From Carcharhinus amblyrhynchos (Eukaryota): a stretch of DNA of 64,000 bases. The notes under the pieces are model-generated. The model had not been told where the DNA came from, searched no databases, and saw only the letters and a program-made list of their open reading frames with translations. Position numbers and translations under genes: made by a program. The first letter of the stretch is position 1; every line of letters starts with the position of its first letter. Shown one piece after another: positions 53,500-64,000 of this stretch. The DNA lies in the NCBI GenBank assembly GCA_965287045.1, contig OZ336886.1, positions 39,680,001-39,744,000 of the forward strand. Reading direction: 5' to 3'.

Positions 53500-53935
53500 G
53501 GTAAGAACATATGAAGCAGGAGTAGGCCATCTGGCCCGTCAAGCTTGCTTCACCATTCAAGATGATCACGGCTGACCTATTACCTAACCCCTATCTCACC
53601 ACACTATCTTCGTGTAGTTAGATTCCCTCACTATCCAAAATCTACCCGTTTTGAATATACTCAATGACTGAGCATGTACAACACCCTAAATCCTGAAGAT
53701 TCACAATCCTTTGAGTGACAAAGTTCTTTTTCACTTCAGCCCTAAATAGCCAATCTTATTTGGGGGCAGTGAGCCCTCGTTTAAGACTCCCCCAGCCTGG
53801 GGAGACATCTTCCCAGGATTGATCTCATCGGGCCCTTAAGAATTTTATTTGTTTTAACGAGATTACTGTCTCAATCTTTTGAACTCAAATGAATATAGGA
53901 TTATTTGTACTCATAGAACAATCCCCTCATGCCAG
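53500..53935 (-). mobile_element. Older CR1 3' fragment
   Basis: aagaacatatgaagcaggagtaggccatctggccc tail and downstream CR1 3' motifs. Confidence 0.7.
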
Positions 53936-54242
53936 TAACTAGCACATTAAGTTCCCACTTTAAGTCACCCACTTAATGTCACTTTGTTTTAACATAGTTC
54001 ATTCTTTATGGCTTGTTTTTCCAATTTCCATTGTCATTTTTGCACTCTGGCCTTGCACCCTCATGAGGTGCATGCAGGACCAGGCAGGGCCATGTTCTGA
54101 AGCTCTGATGCTGCAAGGAGAGGGGGAGGCCAGACATTCAGGAGCAGGAGTGCGAGGCAGGGAGCCAGAGCTAGAGGCTCGACCAGGACACCGAGATCCC
54201 ATGGATATTTGGGACAGGAAGCTGCCAACTAAAATCCACAGA

Positions 54243-54383
54243 TTTTCTACAGTGCAGAAGGAGGTCATTTATGTACCAACTCCCCAAAAGACCCAAGTCC
54301 GTCAACCACAACCCTATCCCCACAACCCCTCACATTTACCATGGCTAACCTATTCTACACATCTTTGGACACTAAGAGACAAT
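54243..54383 (-). mobile_element. HE1 SINE 3' fragment
   Basis: ctacagtgcagaaggaggtcattt...cacatctttggacactaagagacaat. Confidence 0.6.
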
Positions 54384-54837
54384 ACAAGTAATCTCCCTCC
54401 AAAGCCACCACTTGTATTGATTAATAGAATACAATCAATACAAGTGGTGGCTTTGGAGGGAGCAGGGCCCTTGGTTAAATCTGTGCCTACCACCCCCACC
54501 CCTCTTACTCCACGGTTCAAACCCCATCTTCAAGTCACTCAATCTCAGTATACCCCGGTTTAATCAATGCTAAACCCTCTGGCTCAATTAGGGCTCCCAA
54601 CTCCCAATCAGTTCCCATCTAGGTACTGCCTCGGACTGGGAGCTGGCCAGGGCCTTAGATTGTTGAGTCGATGTCTTGAGTGGGGATGGTTGTGAGGACA
54701 TGGAGGGGATAGGGATGATGTAGAGTGGAGCAAAAGCGCAAGAGGGAATTGAGCCAAATTTCAGGAATACCGTGAGCGAGACACAGAAACTGTGTTACTC
54801 AGTGCTTTTTTGGATGATTGTTATCTAATTTGAATTT

Positions 54838-55685
54838 ATAAGAACATAAGAAATAGGAGCAGGAGTAGACCATCTAGCCCTTCGAGCCTGCCCCGCCATT
54901 CAATAAGATAATGGCTGATCTGTCGCTGCTCAGTTCCACTTTCCCGCCCTCTCCCCATAACCCTTAATCCTCTCTCTTATCAAAAACCCATCAACCCGCG
55001 TCTTAAAAATATTTAGCGAGGCAGCCTCCACCACTTCAACGGGCAGAGAATTCCAGAGATTCACCACCCTTTGAGTGAAGAAGTTCCTCCTCAACTCCGT
55101 TCTAAACCGCCCCCCTTTTATCTTGAGGCTGTGCCCCCTAGTCCTACTGTCTTTTTTGAGCGGGAAGAGTCTTTCCACCTCGATCCTATCCATCCCATTC
55201 ATCATCTTATACGTCTCAATGAGATCTCCCCTCATTCTTCTAAACTCTAACGAGTACAAGCCCAGTTTATTCAGCCTCTCCTCATAGCTCAACCCCCTCA
55301 ACTCCGGTATCAGCCTAGTAAACCTCCTCTGCACTCCCTCCAAGGCCAAAATATCTTTGCGCAGGTGCGGCGCCCAAAACTGCACACAGTACTCCAGCTG
55401 CGGCCTCACCAATGCCCTATACAGCTGCAGCAAGACCTCCCTACTTTTATATTCAATCCCCCTCGCTATGAAGGCCAGCATCCCATTCGCCTTCCTGACC
55501 ACCTGCTGCACCTGCAAGCTGGGTTTTTGCGACTGATGCACAAGGACCCCGAGGTCCCTCTGCACCGTCGCCTGCTGCAGTTTTTCGCCCCGTAAGTAAT
55601 AGTCCTTCCTACCATTCTTCCTACCAAAGTGGACCACCTCATACTTGCCAACATTAAATTCCATTTGCCATTTCCTGGCCCATTC
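54838..55685 (-). mobile_element. Young 5'-truncated CR1, same family as 40325-41192
   Basis: ORF 54930-55706 is nearly identical to the 40390-41094 product; tail reads ataagaacataagaaatagg on +. Confidence 0.92.
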
Positions 55686-56566
55686 TGTGGATGGTATAAG
55701 GTTCAAAATGTATTCTTTTGCGCAACTCTCTTCTATAGAAAGCCCAAGTCCATCTAAGATTCCAGTGTCATGGAATAAGATTCGGAATAAAATTTGATTC
55801 TATTAGCTGTTACTTTTAAAATGTTCACACCTGACTGTATGCAGTTATATCCAGTGATCTATTTTGTTTTACAAGGGATTCCAGTCAGGAAATGCACATT
55901 TATGGGTACAGCATTTCATACTGTACATTGGTTTTCTGGGCAAGTGCCTGAAGGAACCTAACTCTGTCTTTAACATTGATCATTACAGGAACCCGTGATT
56001 CACTTGAAATTTGTTTCATTTGAAGTTGCAACTTTCAGAATGCAATCACAATCCCCAGTGAGGATTTACACACAGTGAGCTTCTGTTATACTCTCCCAAG
56101 GCAAATTCCTTAGGCAAAATCAGAAGAGTATGCTGTGTTCCAGGTGTAATCTCACCCAATATCCCATATAATTTCAGAAAAGACCTCTGTACACTTTAAA
56201 TCCTCTATAACACCTGCATTACTTACCTGTCAAAAAAAAAACTGATAAAAACTCAAGCTTCGATCAGATTTTAATGATTTTACATAAGCTTTAATAGTGA
56301 GTAATCACTTCTGCCTCTTAGCTGCCATTAATCTTTTACCACATTTTGACCAGAAATTTTGGGCAGGCAGGAGAAAAGGTGAAAATGCTTACCAACAAAT
56401 CTTGCAGTATTCTGTGGATGGTATCAGGTTCAAAATGTATTCTTTTGCGCAACTCTCTTCTATAGAAAGCCCAAGTCCATCTCAGATTCCAGTACCATGG
56501 AATAAGATTCGGAATAAAATTTGATTCTATTAGCTGTTACTTTTAAAATGTTCACACCTGACTGTA
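55682..56566 (+). repeat. 158-bp direct duplication (55682-55839 and 56409-56566)
   Basis: Copies differ at 4 positions; offset 727 bp. Confidence 0.95.
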
Positions 56567-57599
56567 AGCAAGCCTGGATTTGTGTTACCCTCCAGAAGAA
56601 AAAACGTTAACTATTTCAGAACACCCTTAAAAATTACTGAGCAGATATGAATAAATTAAAAGCTGCCATGAAATGGTGAAGGAGTGAGGAAGTCATCTTT
56701 TCATCACAAGAATTTTTAAAAATGTAAAATCGATCTAAAGTCAAGTATGTGATGTAGTCAGGAAGATCAAATTTTGACAGGTTTGCGTTTGTTTATATGA
56801 AAAGAACATATTAAAATGGCTAAGAATGAAAATTACAACAATAATATTGTGACTCGACAGAAGATTTTGATTTTATAGAATGGCTTTCAACTATGGGTCA
56901 TCATTGCTGACTGGAATTGGTTATTTAACATGCAATAATTTTCATTTCAGTAGGATTTCATCTCATCATGCTGTAAATTGATCTTAAATGGGTTCAGCTG
57001 TAATAACGGTACTGGACTGTTTTGCCAATGCATGAAATGCAATCCCATAGTTGAACCAGAAATCAAGTTAAGTAATATGTGGACAATAAATCACAACTTG
57101 TTATTATCCATAAGCTGGGTATTACTTAACTATACATTAATGCAGAAAACTAAGATTTGATACAGCAAAGATTTGCCTTGGATAAAGTAGAAGTTCTATC
57201 ACACAATGAAACCATCAAATAAGTCAATTTAGCTGTTTGTCAGCATTTTTGTGAATTTTTAACATAGATTATTAAACTGAAATTGAAAAAGGAAAATGCT
57301 GAAAGTACTCAGAAAGCACCCGAGAGCAAAGAACAAAGAAAATTACAGCACAGTAACAGGCCCTACGGCCCTCCAAGCCTGCACCGACCATGCTGTTCAA
57401 CTGAAGTAAAACCCCTTACTGTTCCCGGGACCATTTCCCTCTATTCCCATCCTATTCACGTATTTGTCAAGACGTCCCTTGAAAACACTATCATATTTAT
57501 CTAAATTGCAGAAGAATGACTAAGAAGTACTCTTTCACCAAAGTTTAGAGACTATTCACTAAGTTGAGTCATTATGAGGCAAAGAAGGGAAAACAATTA

Positions 57600-58360
57600 C
57601 TGTTTTAGATCAATGACTTGTCAGAATGAGAAAATATTATACATTTAATATGTCTTAAGTACAGGGGCAGGGAAGGTGAAAACGTGAGGTCAAAATGAGG
57701 AAAGAACAAAAAGGGAATATCTGTGATGGAACAGAAGGGAGGATTGATTAAATTGCAGAAAAGTTGGTGGCACATGGCAAAATGAGGAGGCAACGAGGCA
57801 AGAAACAATAAGATGGGTTTTCAGGAGATATTCACGGGAACAACAGAATGCAGGTCTGAAAATAATTGAGAGCAAACTTGAAACTGTTAAACTTGTGTCA
57901 AGAAAAGGCGGCTGTAAACGGTCTATTTAAAAAGGAGAAGCTACTCCTTGAGCTTTACTGGAGAAGCGCATGAGTCGAGCAGAGGTCACAATGGGAGTGG
58001 GACGGAGGATTAAAATAACAAGCAACTGGAACTCAGGATCATGGTTGCAGATGGAATGGAGATGCCCAGCAAAGTGATCACTGAATTCATATTTTGTCTC
58101 CTACTGCAGAGTAGACTGTAAAATGAGCAGATTGAAAGTACCTAGGAGCAGATCTCAACATTGGGAAGGAAGGTGATGGAAGCGTGGTGATGAAGTGCAG
58201 GTGGTGACCGCCTGAGCTTTTATGGGAAGGTGAGAGGACGAGAATAGATGAGAAGAAAATACTGAGACATTGGAATAGTCTTTACAGGAAGCAGGGTAGG
58301 AGGAAGAGAAATCAACAGTTTACAGCAGATATTGGTTGACAGCTTATCAGACATAAAATT
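57600..58360 (-). mobile_element. Degenerate Penelope element (GIY-YIG endonuclease region)
   Basis: Minus strand gives ETKYEFSDHFAGHLHSI...PVACYFNPPSHSH, resembling Penelope GETKRRLGDRFAEHLRSV...PVACHFN. Confidence 0.6.
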
Positions 58361-58886
58361 AAAAGGAAAGAAGAGGTTGAGATGGACTATATGAATACAA
58401 AAGAGACATGGAAATTTGACACAAGTCATTTCCAGTTAAAATGTTCTTTAAATCTGCTCACCTTGGTGTCCTTTGTGCATTGAGATCAATGACCTCACTG
58501 GATTAATGAATGACCTCATGGCAAAAGAGTCTCTAGATCACAATGATCATTACGTGAGAGAAGTGGGTCGAAGAGCTTTAAGTTTTGAACTCACTTGGGA
58601 ATAAATTATTCTCACTCTCCTTGCCTTGTCTGAAATAGTGTGGTTAGCAGTATCCAGCAATAAATTGTTATCTCAATGGAACTTTCTGCATTTGGAAAGC
58701 TGTGAGGATGAGACAAGGAGGATTGATCTGGCTCTATTCTCCTCGACACAGTAGCTCTGTAGCTCAACTGCAACTGGCGATCTACCTTCAAATGAGGGAG
58801 CCCCAGATCAACAGCTTCAAAAACTTGTGAACTTTATCCCTTTTAAAAATCAAGTATGTTATTCAACTGCCAATCTCTATAGAAAC

Positions 58887-58899
58887 TGTGTGTGTGTGT

Positions 58900-58951
<52 letters not shown>
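58887..58951. repeat. (TG)n microsatellite
   Basis: Seen directly. Confidence 0.95.
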
Positions 58952-58952
<1 letters not shown>

Positions 58953-61365
58953 GGGATATTATAAAAGGATAGATAGTTAAACCAGTGTTAACCAGTTCTT
59001 GCAACTTGTTTAAAGAGTTTTGTTTTAAAATAAATCACTTATTCTGAGTTTACTGAAAGGAGCCTGGTTACATTAGCAAAGGTAAATAGTTGACCATTTT
59101 AGTCAGGGAATTAAACATTTACACTAATGTTATGACCTGTGAAGTAGCAGGACTAGACCAAGTGCGCACTCTTCCCATTTGGTTGGAACACAGCATATTA
59201 TCTAAATGGAAGGGTTCTGCAGAATGCAACAGTACAGAATGATCTAGTTACGTGTCCTGGTGCATGAATTATACAAAGTTAGCATACATCTACAGCAAGT
59301 GATAGGAAGGCAAATAGTGTTGTTGCTTATTGCAAAGGTAAGATAGGAAAGTAGAGGCCACAATCAGGATCAGTTATAGTCTTATCAAATGGTAGAACAG
59401 GCTTGAGGGGCCAAATAAATGGTACACTTTAGCTCCTAATTCATATGTTTGGAATCAAATTGCAATAAGTGCAATACTGAACTTAACAGCTGGAATAAAG
59501 ATATCACTACATAAGGGTAAACATGAACATTTTGTCTTGAACAACTTTGTCAAGGAAAATTAAATCTAACCACAGAAGTACAGCATGGACATGTTTGATA
59601 CATTGCACATCTTGTATCAACGTTCAATTCAGCACTTCTGTGGTAGTACGAGATTTCCTAGAGAAAAATGTCTGCCACCAATTTGACTTTAGAATGACTG
59701 TATTATGATATCAGCCAGTACAAAGTTATTAAAATGACCTTTTGGGATTGTCAAATGACTTATCTAAGAACTTCAGCATTGTGTTGTAAAGTTCAGAGTA
59801 ACCAGCTCTGTTCTTCATCCACATCAGCATTTTAAGTTGGTGAGAAATCATTTGTACATGTGTTTCTGGAAGCATGCAGAGCATAAGCAGCAGTTAAAAC
59901 GGTGTGTACTAACATCTAATCTACAAATGATATTGGTATCTTAGAATATCAACATAGAGAATCCACAGACTTGGATATTTGGCTCTTGGAAAGGAGAGTA
60001 GGTTAAGACAAGTTCAATGTAAGGCTGGAAAAAAAAACCTGCCATTTCACTTCTGTCATGAAAAGAAACATACTCGCTAACACTGCAATATACAAGTGCA
60101 GCTTCAAACATACTGTGTGAGATGTCTTCATGTTATATTGATTAAAATCAGCGTGCCACATCAAATTTTGAGTATATCCAGGCATACTTCCCAACATACT
60201 TGACTTTGATATTCAATCTGGATAACTGATGGGCGAGAACAAGAAATAAAAATTGAATCAAAGTGTTTGAACTGCTGATCAACTTTGCATTTATATAGTG
60301 GGTTTAATGTAATAAAACATCCCAAGTTGCTGCCATAGGTGCACTACCAAACAAAACTTTTCACATAGAAAATATTAAGACCAGGGGACCAAAATCTGTA
60401 ATCCTTTGGGCTATCTGAAGTACCATCTTAGACGGTGAAATACTTAGAGAGGCAAAGGTGGTTTTAGGGAAAGAATTCCAGAGCTTGGGCCCCAAGTAGT
60501 TGAAGACAATCATGAAGCAATGAAAATCAAAGATGTGCAAATTGCCAGAATTGGGAGATTAAAAGGTACTGTAAAATATTAATTTCCTGTTCATACACCT
60601 TGCTCTGTTTGGAAATATACAAACTGGCAATACCATCCCCAATAACACATTAGTAATGCATAATGTTTTCTTCTTAAATCTTCAATCACCTTAGGTTTAC
60701 TTGTTCTTATATTTTGCTTCTTCTGATGACAAAGAAAGGTAGACGATTGCTAAAAAAAAAAGCTGACTTTGTAAAGTCCTGGATGACAATTGTGAATATT
60801 TCCTTCCTCACTGTCAGTAAGATCTGGTGCCTTGTCCAGGCAGCCCACCAGCAGATAAGAACTCTCCATGTATGGAAATCATAGACATGAACAACTTTGC
60901 AAATCCTTAACTTGAAAAAATAAACTGTTAATTGTGGCCACACGGTGAAGCCTTCCATTGTTTGCTGGAGCAGAGAGAGAGCTAAGATTTTACCTGTTAA
61001 AAACCTGTTTAAAATAAGTTTAAAGCACTTTACTCTTTGTAGAACTGTTTAAAGCATTTATTTATTATATTTACTGCTTTAAGAATTCTGAGGGTGTGGT
61101 GAAAAGGCATTTGTGGACCAGCCTGCTTTAAATCAGCGCCAGGTTTAAAAGGAGGCCTGGTGTAGACAGCGGGCAGCGTCTGAGCGGGCAGCGGAGTGAG
61201 TGGGAAGCAGAGTGAGTTAATAGGGCTTAATATCAAAAAGGGCTTGAAGGAAAAAGGCCAGGTGAGTTTGTTTGAAAAAAAACAAGGAAAAAAAAATTTT
61301 TTCAAAACTACTACAGCAAGAAACAAGGAAAAAAATTTTTTCCCCATAAAAAATTACAGTGAATA

Positions 61366-62265
61366 ATGGAGGGGCATGTGATGTGTGGTTTCTGTATGAT
61401 GTGGGAACTGGCGGACCCCAGGGTCCTTCCCAGTGACCATGTCTGCAGTAAGTGCAGGTTGCTGGAGGAGCTCCAGCTCAAGGTGGATGAGCTGGCCTCT
61501 GAGCTACAGACACTGAGGCTCATCAGGGGGAGAGAGGGTGCCCCTAGACTGGCTAAATCTAAGGGTCAGGGACAAAAGGGGGCTGCTGGGAGGAGGAAGG
61601 GGGGTGAGGAGCGGAGGCCTCAGCCTCTTAATCTGCATAACAGGTTTGAGGTTCTTGCTTCCAGTCTGGAAGAGGACGAGGCAGGTGAGGTTGGTGAGCA
61701 AACTGCACACGGTACAGTGATGCAGCAGGACATAGGCAAAGAGAAGGGGAAAAGGAACGTAGTAGTGATTGGAGATAGTGGGGTGAAGAGTACTGACACT
61801 GTCCTTTGTCACAATGACAAAGTGCACAGAAGGGTGTGTTGTCTGCCTGGTGCTCGGGTACAGGATGTCGCAGCTGGGCTGCAGAGGAACCTGGAGTGGG
61901 AGGGTGAGAACCCGGTCGTTGTAGTACATGTGGGTGCCGGCGACGTAGGCAAAGTGCGGACTGAGGATCTGGGGAGGGAGTATGAGAAGCTGGGAATGGA
62001 ATTAAAAAGTAGAACCGACAAGGTGGTCGTCTCTGGGCTACTGCCTGAACTGAGTGCAGACGGGCGTAGGGTTGACAGGATAAAGGAAGTGAATGGGTGG
62101 CTCAGGGATTGGTGTGGGAGGAATGGGTTCGAATTTATGGGGCATTGGCACCAGTATTGGGGTAGGTGGGACTTGATCGGGCGGGATGGGGTTGGTCTGA
62201 ATCGTGCTGGGACCAGAGTGTTGGCGAATCGAGTAAAGAGGACTGTAGACAGGGCTTTAAACTAA
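61366..62265 (+). CDS. CR1 ORF1p: zinc finger, leucine zipper and SGNH/GDSL esterase-like domain
   Basis: CGFC...CSKC zinc finger, heptad LLEELQLKVDELASELQTL, NRFEVL motif, VVVIGDS, CCLPGARVQDV, VVVHVG and terminal RALN*. Confidence 0.9.
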   Translation: MEGHVMCGFCMMWELADPRVLPSDHVCSKCRLLEELQLKVDELASELQTLRLIRGREGAPRLAKSKGQGQKGAAGRRKGGEERRPQPLNLHNRFEVLASSLEEDEAGEVGEQTAHGTVMQQDIGKEKGKRNVVVIGDSGVKSTDTVLCHNDKVHRRVCCLPGARVQDVAAGLQRNLEWEGENPVVVVHVGAGDVGKVRTEDLGREYEKLGMELKSRTDKVVVSGLLPELSADGRRVDRIKEVNGWLRDWCGRNGFEFMGHWHQYWGRWDLIGRDGVGLNRAGTRVLANRVKRTVDRALN

Positions 62266-62390
62266 TTGGGGGGGGGGAGGGTGCGAGGGTAGGTGACGCT
62301 ACGAGGTCTACAGTTAAGGATAGGGTACAGGTAAGGGAAGAGGCCGAGGATGTCCCAATTGGTGGCGTTACGGCAAATAGGGTCCAGGTG

Positions 62391-64000
62391 ATGGCTGGGA
62401 TGAAAGTGCTTTATCTGAATGCACGAAGCATTCGGAATAAAGTGGATGAGCTGGTGGCGCAGATCGACACAAATGGATACGATCTGGTGGCCATTACAGA
62501 GACGTGGCTGCAAGGTGACAGGGACTGGGAGATGAATGTACAGGGCTATCAAGTGTTTAGGAAGGATAGGCAGGAGGAAAGAGGGGGTGGCGTAGCTCTG
62601 CTGATTAAGGATAGTATCAAGGTGGTAGCAAGGGATGATATCGGAGCCAAAGAGCAGAAAGTGGAATCGTTGTGGGTGGAGATTAGGAACAGCAAAGGGA
62701 GGAAGGCGCTGGTGTGTGTCGTCTATAGGCCCCCGAATAATGATCTGGAGGTGGGGCGGGCTGTTAACACGCAAATAAGTGCGGCGTGCAGGAATGGGAC
62801 GGCAGTAGTTATGGGAGATTTCAATCTGCATATTGATTGGTTGACCCATGTTGGACGAGGTGGGCTCGAGGAGGAGTTCTTGGAATGCTGCCGGGATAAT
62901 TTCCTTGAACAGTGTGCGTTGGAGCCGACGAGGGAGCGAGCTATCTTGGATCTGGTGCTATGTAATGAGGCGGGTAGAATTAGGGACCTTGCGGTGAAGG
63001 ATCCTCTTGGAGAGAGTGATCATTGTATGGTGGAGTTTCTGGTGCAGATGGAGGAGGAGAAAGTGGGTTCCCGGACACGTGTCCTTTGTTTGAATAGAGG
63101 GGAGTATGGTAGGATGAGAGAAGAATTGGCGAATGTGGATTGGGGGAGTGTGTTGGAAGGTAGGTCTGCTGAGGAGCAGTGGAGGATCTTTAAGGAGATC
63201 TTTCTTGGTGCTCAGCAGAAATTTATTCCGATGGTTAAAAAGGACAGTAGGAAGAGAGGTAATAAGCCGTGGATAACGAAGGAGGTGAAGGAAAGTGTTA
63301 AATTAAAAGCGGAGGAATTTAGAGTAGCTAAGAGCAGTGGGCGAGAAGAGGATTGGGAAAGGTTTAAATGTCAACAAAGATTGACAAAGAAGCTGATAAA
63401 GGAGGGTAGGAGAAGCTATGAGGCTGGGCTAGCACTTAATATAAAAAAGGATAGCAAGAGTTTTTATAAATATATAAAAAGGAAGAGGCTGGCTAGGGTG
63501 AACGTTGGTCCTTTAGAGGATGAGAATGGGGAGCTAGTGGTAGGGGATGGGGATATGGCTAAGGTCTTGAATAACTTTTTTGTTTCTGTCTTCACGGAGG
63601 AGGACGTGAATAATTTGCCGGGTGTTAGCGATGGAAAGGTGGTAGGAATGGAGGGTCTTAATGACATTACTGTTACTAGAGAGGTGGTGCTCGACAGACT
63701 GGAGGGGCTGATTGTGGACAAGTCCCCAGGACCGGATGGAATGCATCCGACGGTTCTGAAAGAAATGGCAGAGGTTATAGTGGATGCCTTGGTGGTTATT
63801 TTCCAGATGTCGCTGGATTCCGGGGAAGTGCCGGAAGATTGGAAAACGGCTAATGTTACGCCGTTGTTTAAGAAGGGTGCCAGGCAAAAGGCGGGGAATT
63901 ATAGGCCGGTTAGTTTAACGTCTGTGGTAGGTAAAACGTTAGAATCCGTCATTAAGGAGGAAATTGCGAGGCATCTTGAAGGGAATTGCTTGATAGGGCG
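62391..64000 (+). CDS. CR1 ORF2p: APE endonuclease and start of reverse transcriptase (partial, runs off window)
   Basis: Manual translation is stop-free from ATG 62391 to 64000: YLNARSIRNK, VAITETWL, YRPPN, MGDFN, ILDLVL, GESDH, KSPGPDGMHP, VPEDWKTANVTPLFKKG, NYRPVSLTSVVGK. Absent from the ORF track, probably because it has no stop in the window. Confidence 0.93.
   Translation, partial: MAGMKVLYLNARSIRNKVDELVAQIDTNGYDLVAITETWLQGDRDWEMNVQGYQVFRKDRQEERGGGVALLIKDSIKVVARDDIGAKEQKVESLWVEIRNSKGRKALVCVVYRPPNNDLEVGRAVNTQISAACRNGTAVVMGDFNLHIDWLTHVGRGGLEEEFLECCRDNFLEQCALEPTRERAILDLVLCNEAGRIRDLAVKDPLGESDHCMVEFLVQMEEEKVGSRTRVLCLNRGEYGRMREELANVDWGSVLEGRSAEEQWRIFKEIFLGAQQKFIPMVKKDSRKRGNKPWITKEVKESVKLKAEEFRVAKSSGREEDWERFKCQQRLTKKLIKEGRRSYEAGLALNIKKDSKSFYKYIKRKRLARVNVGPLEDENGELVVGDGDMAKVLNNFFVSVFTEEDVNNLPGVSDGKVVGMEGLNDITVTREVVLDRLEGLIVDKSPGPDGMHPTVLKEMAEVIVDALVVIFQMSLDSGEVPEDWKTANVTPLFKKGARQKAGNYRPVSLTSVVGKTLESVIKEEIARHLEGNCLIG

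Larger units (their letters stand above)
61160..64000 (+). mobile_element. Young, apparently intact CR1-clade LINE (5'UTR, ORF1, ORF2; cut by window end)
   Basis: Abrupt shift to G-rich, CpG-containing sequence with two intact ORFs of CR1 architecture. The 5' boundary is approximate. Confidence 0.92.

Noticed and set aside
53976-54563. 195-aa ORF
   Set aside because: Runs across an HE1 SINE fragment and other repeat-like DNA; no domain or splice context.
58455-58530. Donor-like AAG|gtgagc on the minus strand as possible RAB11FIP2 exon 1
   Set aside because: Upstream sequence does not encode the C2 domain N-terminus and has an in-frame stop; exon 1 is probably outside the window.
60707-60958. 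83-aa minus-strand ORF next to the CR1 5' end
   Set aside because: No recognisable domain or splice signals; cannot be supported as coding.
61504-63887. Several minus-strand ORFs
   Set aside because: Antisense shadows of the G-rich CR1 ORFs.

Overview
Eukaryotic, AT-rich genomic DNA, most likely from a cartilaginous fish (HE1/V-SINEs, Deu-domain SINEs, abundant CR1, L2, Tx1 and Penelope remnants). The minus strand carries most of a RAB11FIP2 gene: exon 2 (44812-45251), exon 3 (39031-39517), a probable exon 4 (23312-23444), the terminal Rab11-binding-domain exon (13004-13228) and a probable ~4.6 kb 3'UTR. Exon 1 was not found and probably lies beyond position 64000. The window ends inside an apparently intact young CR1 LINE (ORF1 61366-62265; ORF2 open to the window end). 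Its ORF1/ORF2 junction has a U UUA AAC slippery heptamer, a 5-nt spacer and a G-quadruplex-like tract, with ORF2 in the -1 frame, which suggests programmed -1 frameshifting. Its ORF1 SGNH esterase lacks two catalytic residues. Other notable items: a U2-snRNA-derived element, inverted young CR1 copies flanking exon 2, extra DNA at CR1 5' junctions, Penelope hairpins with hammerhead-like cores, a candidate stop-containing cassette exon, and a CpG-undepleted first 1.35 kb. All calls were made by eye, with comparisons recalled from memory and no database searches; repeat boundaries are approximate.
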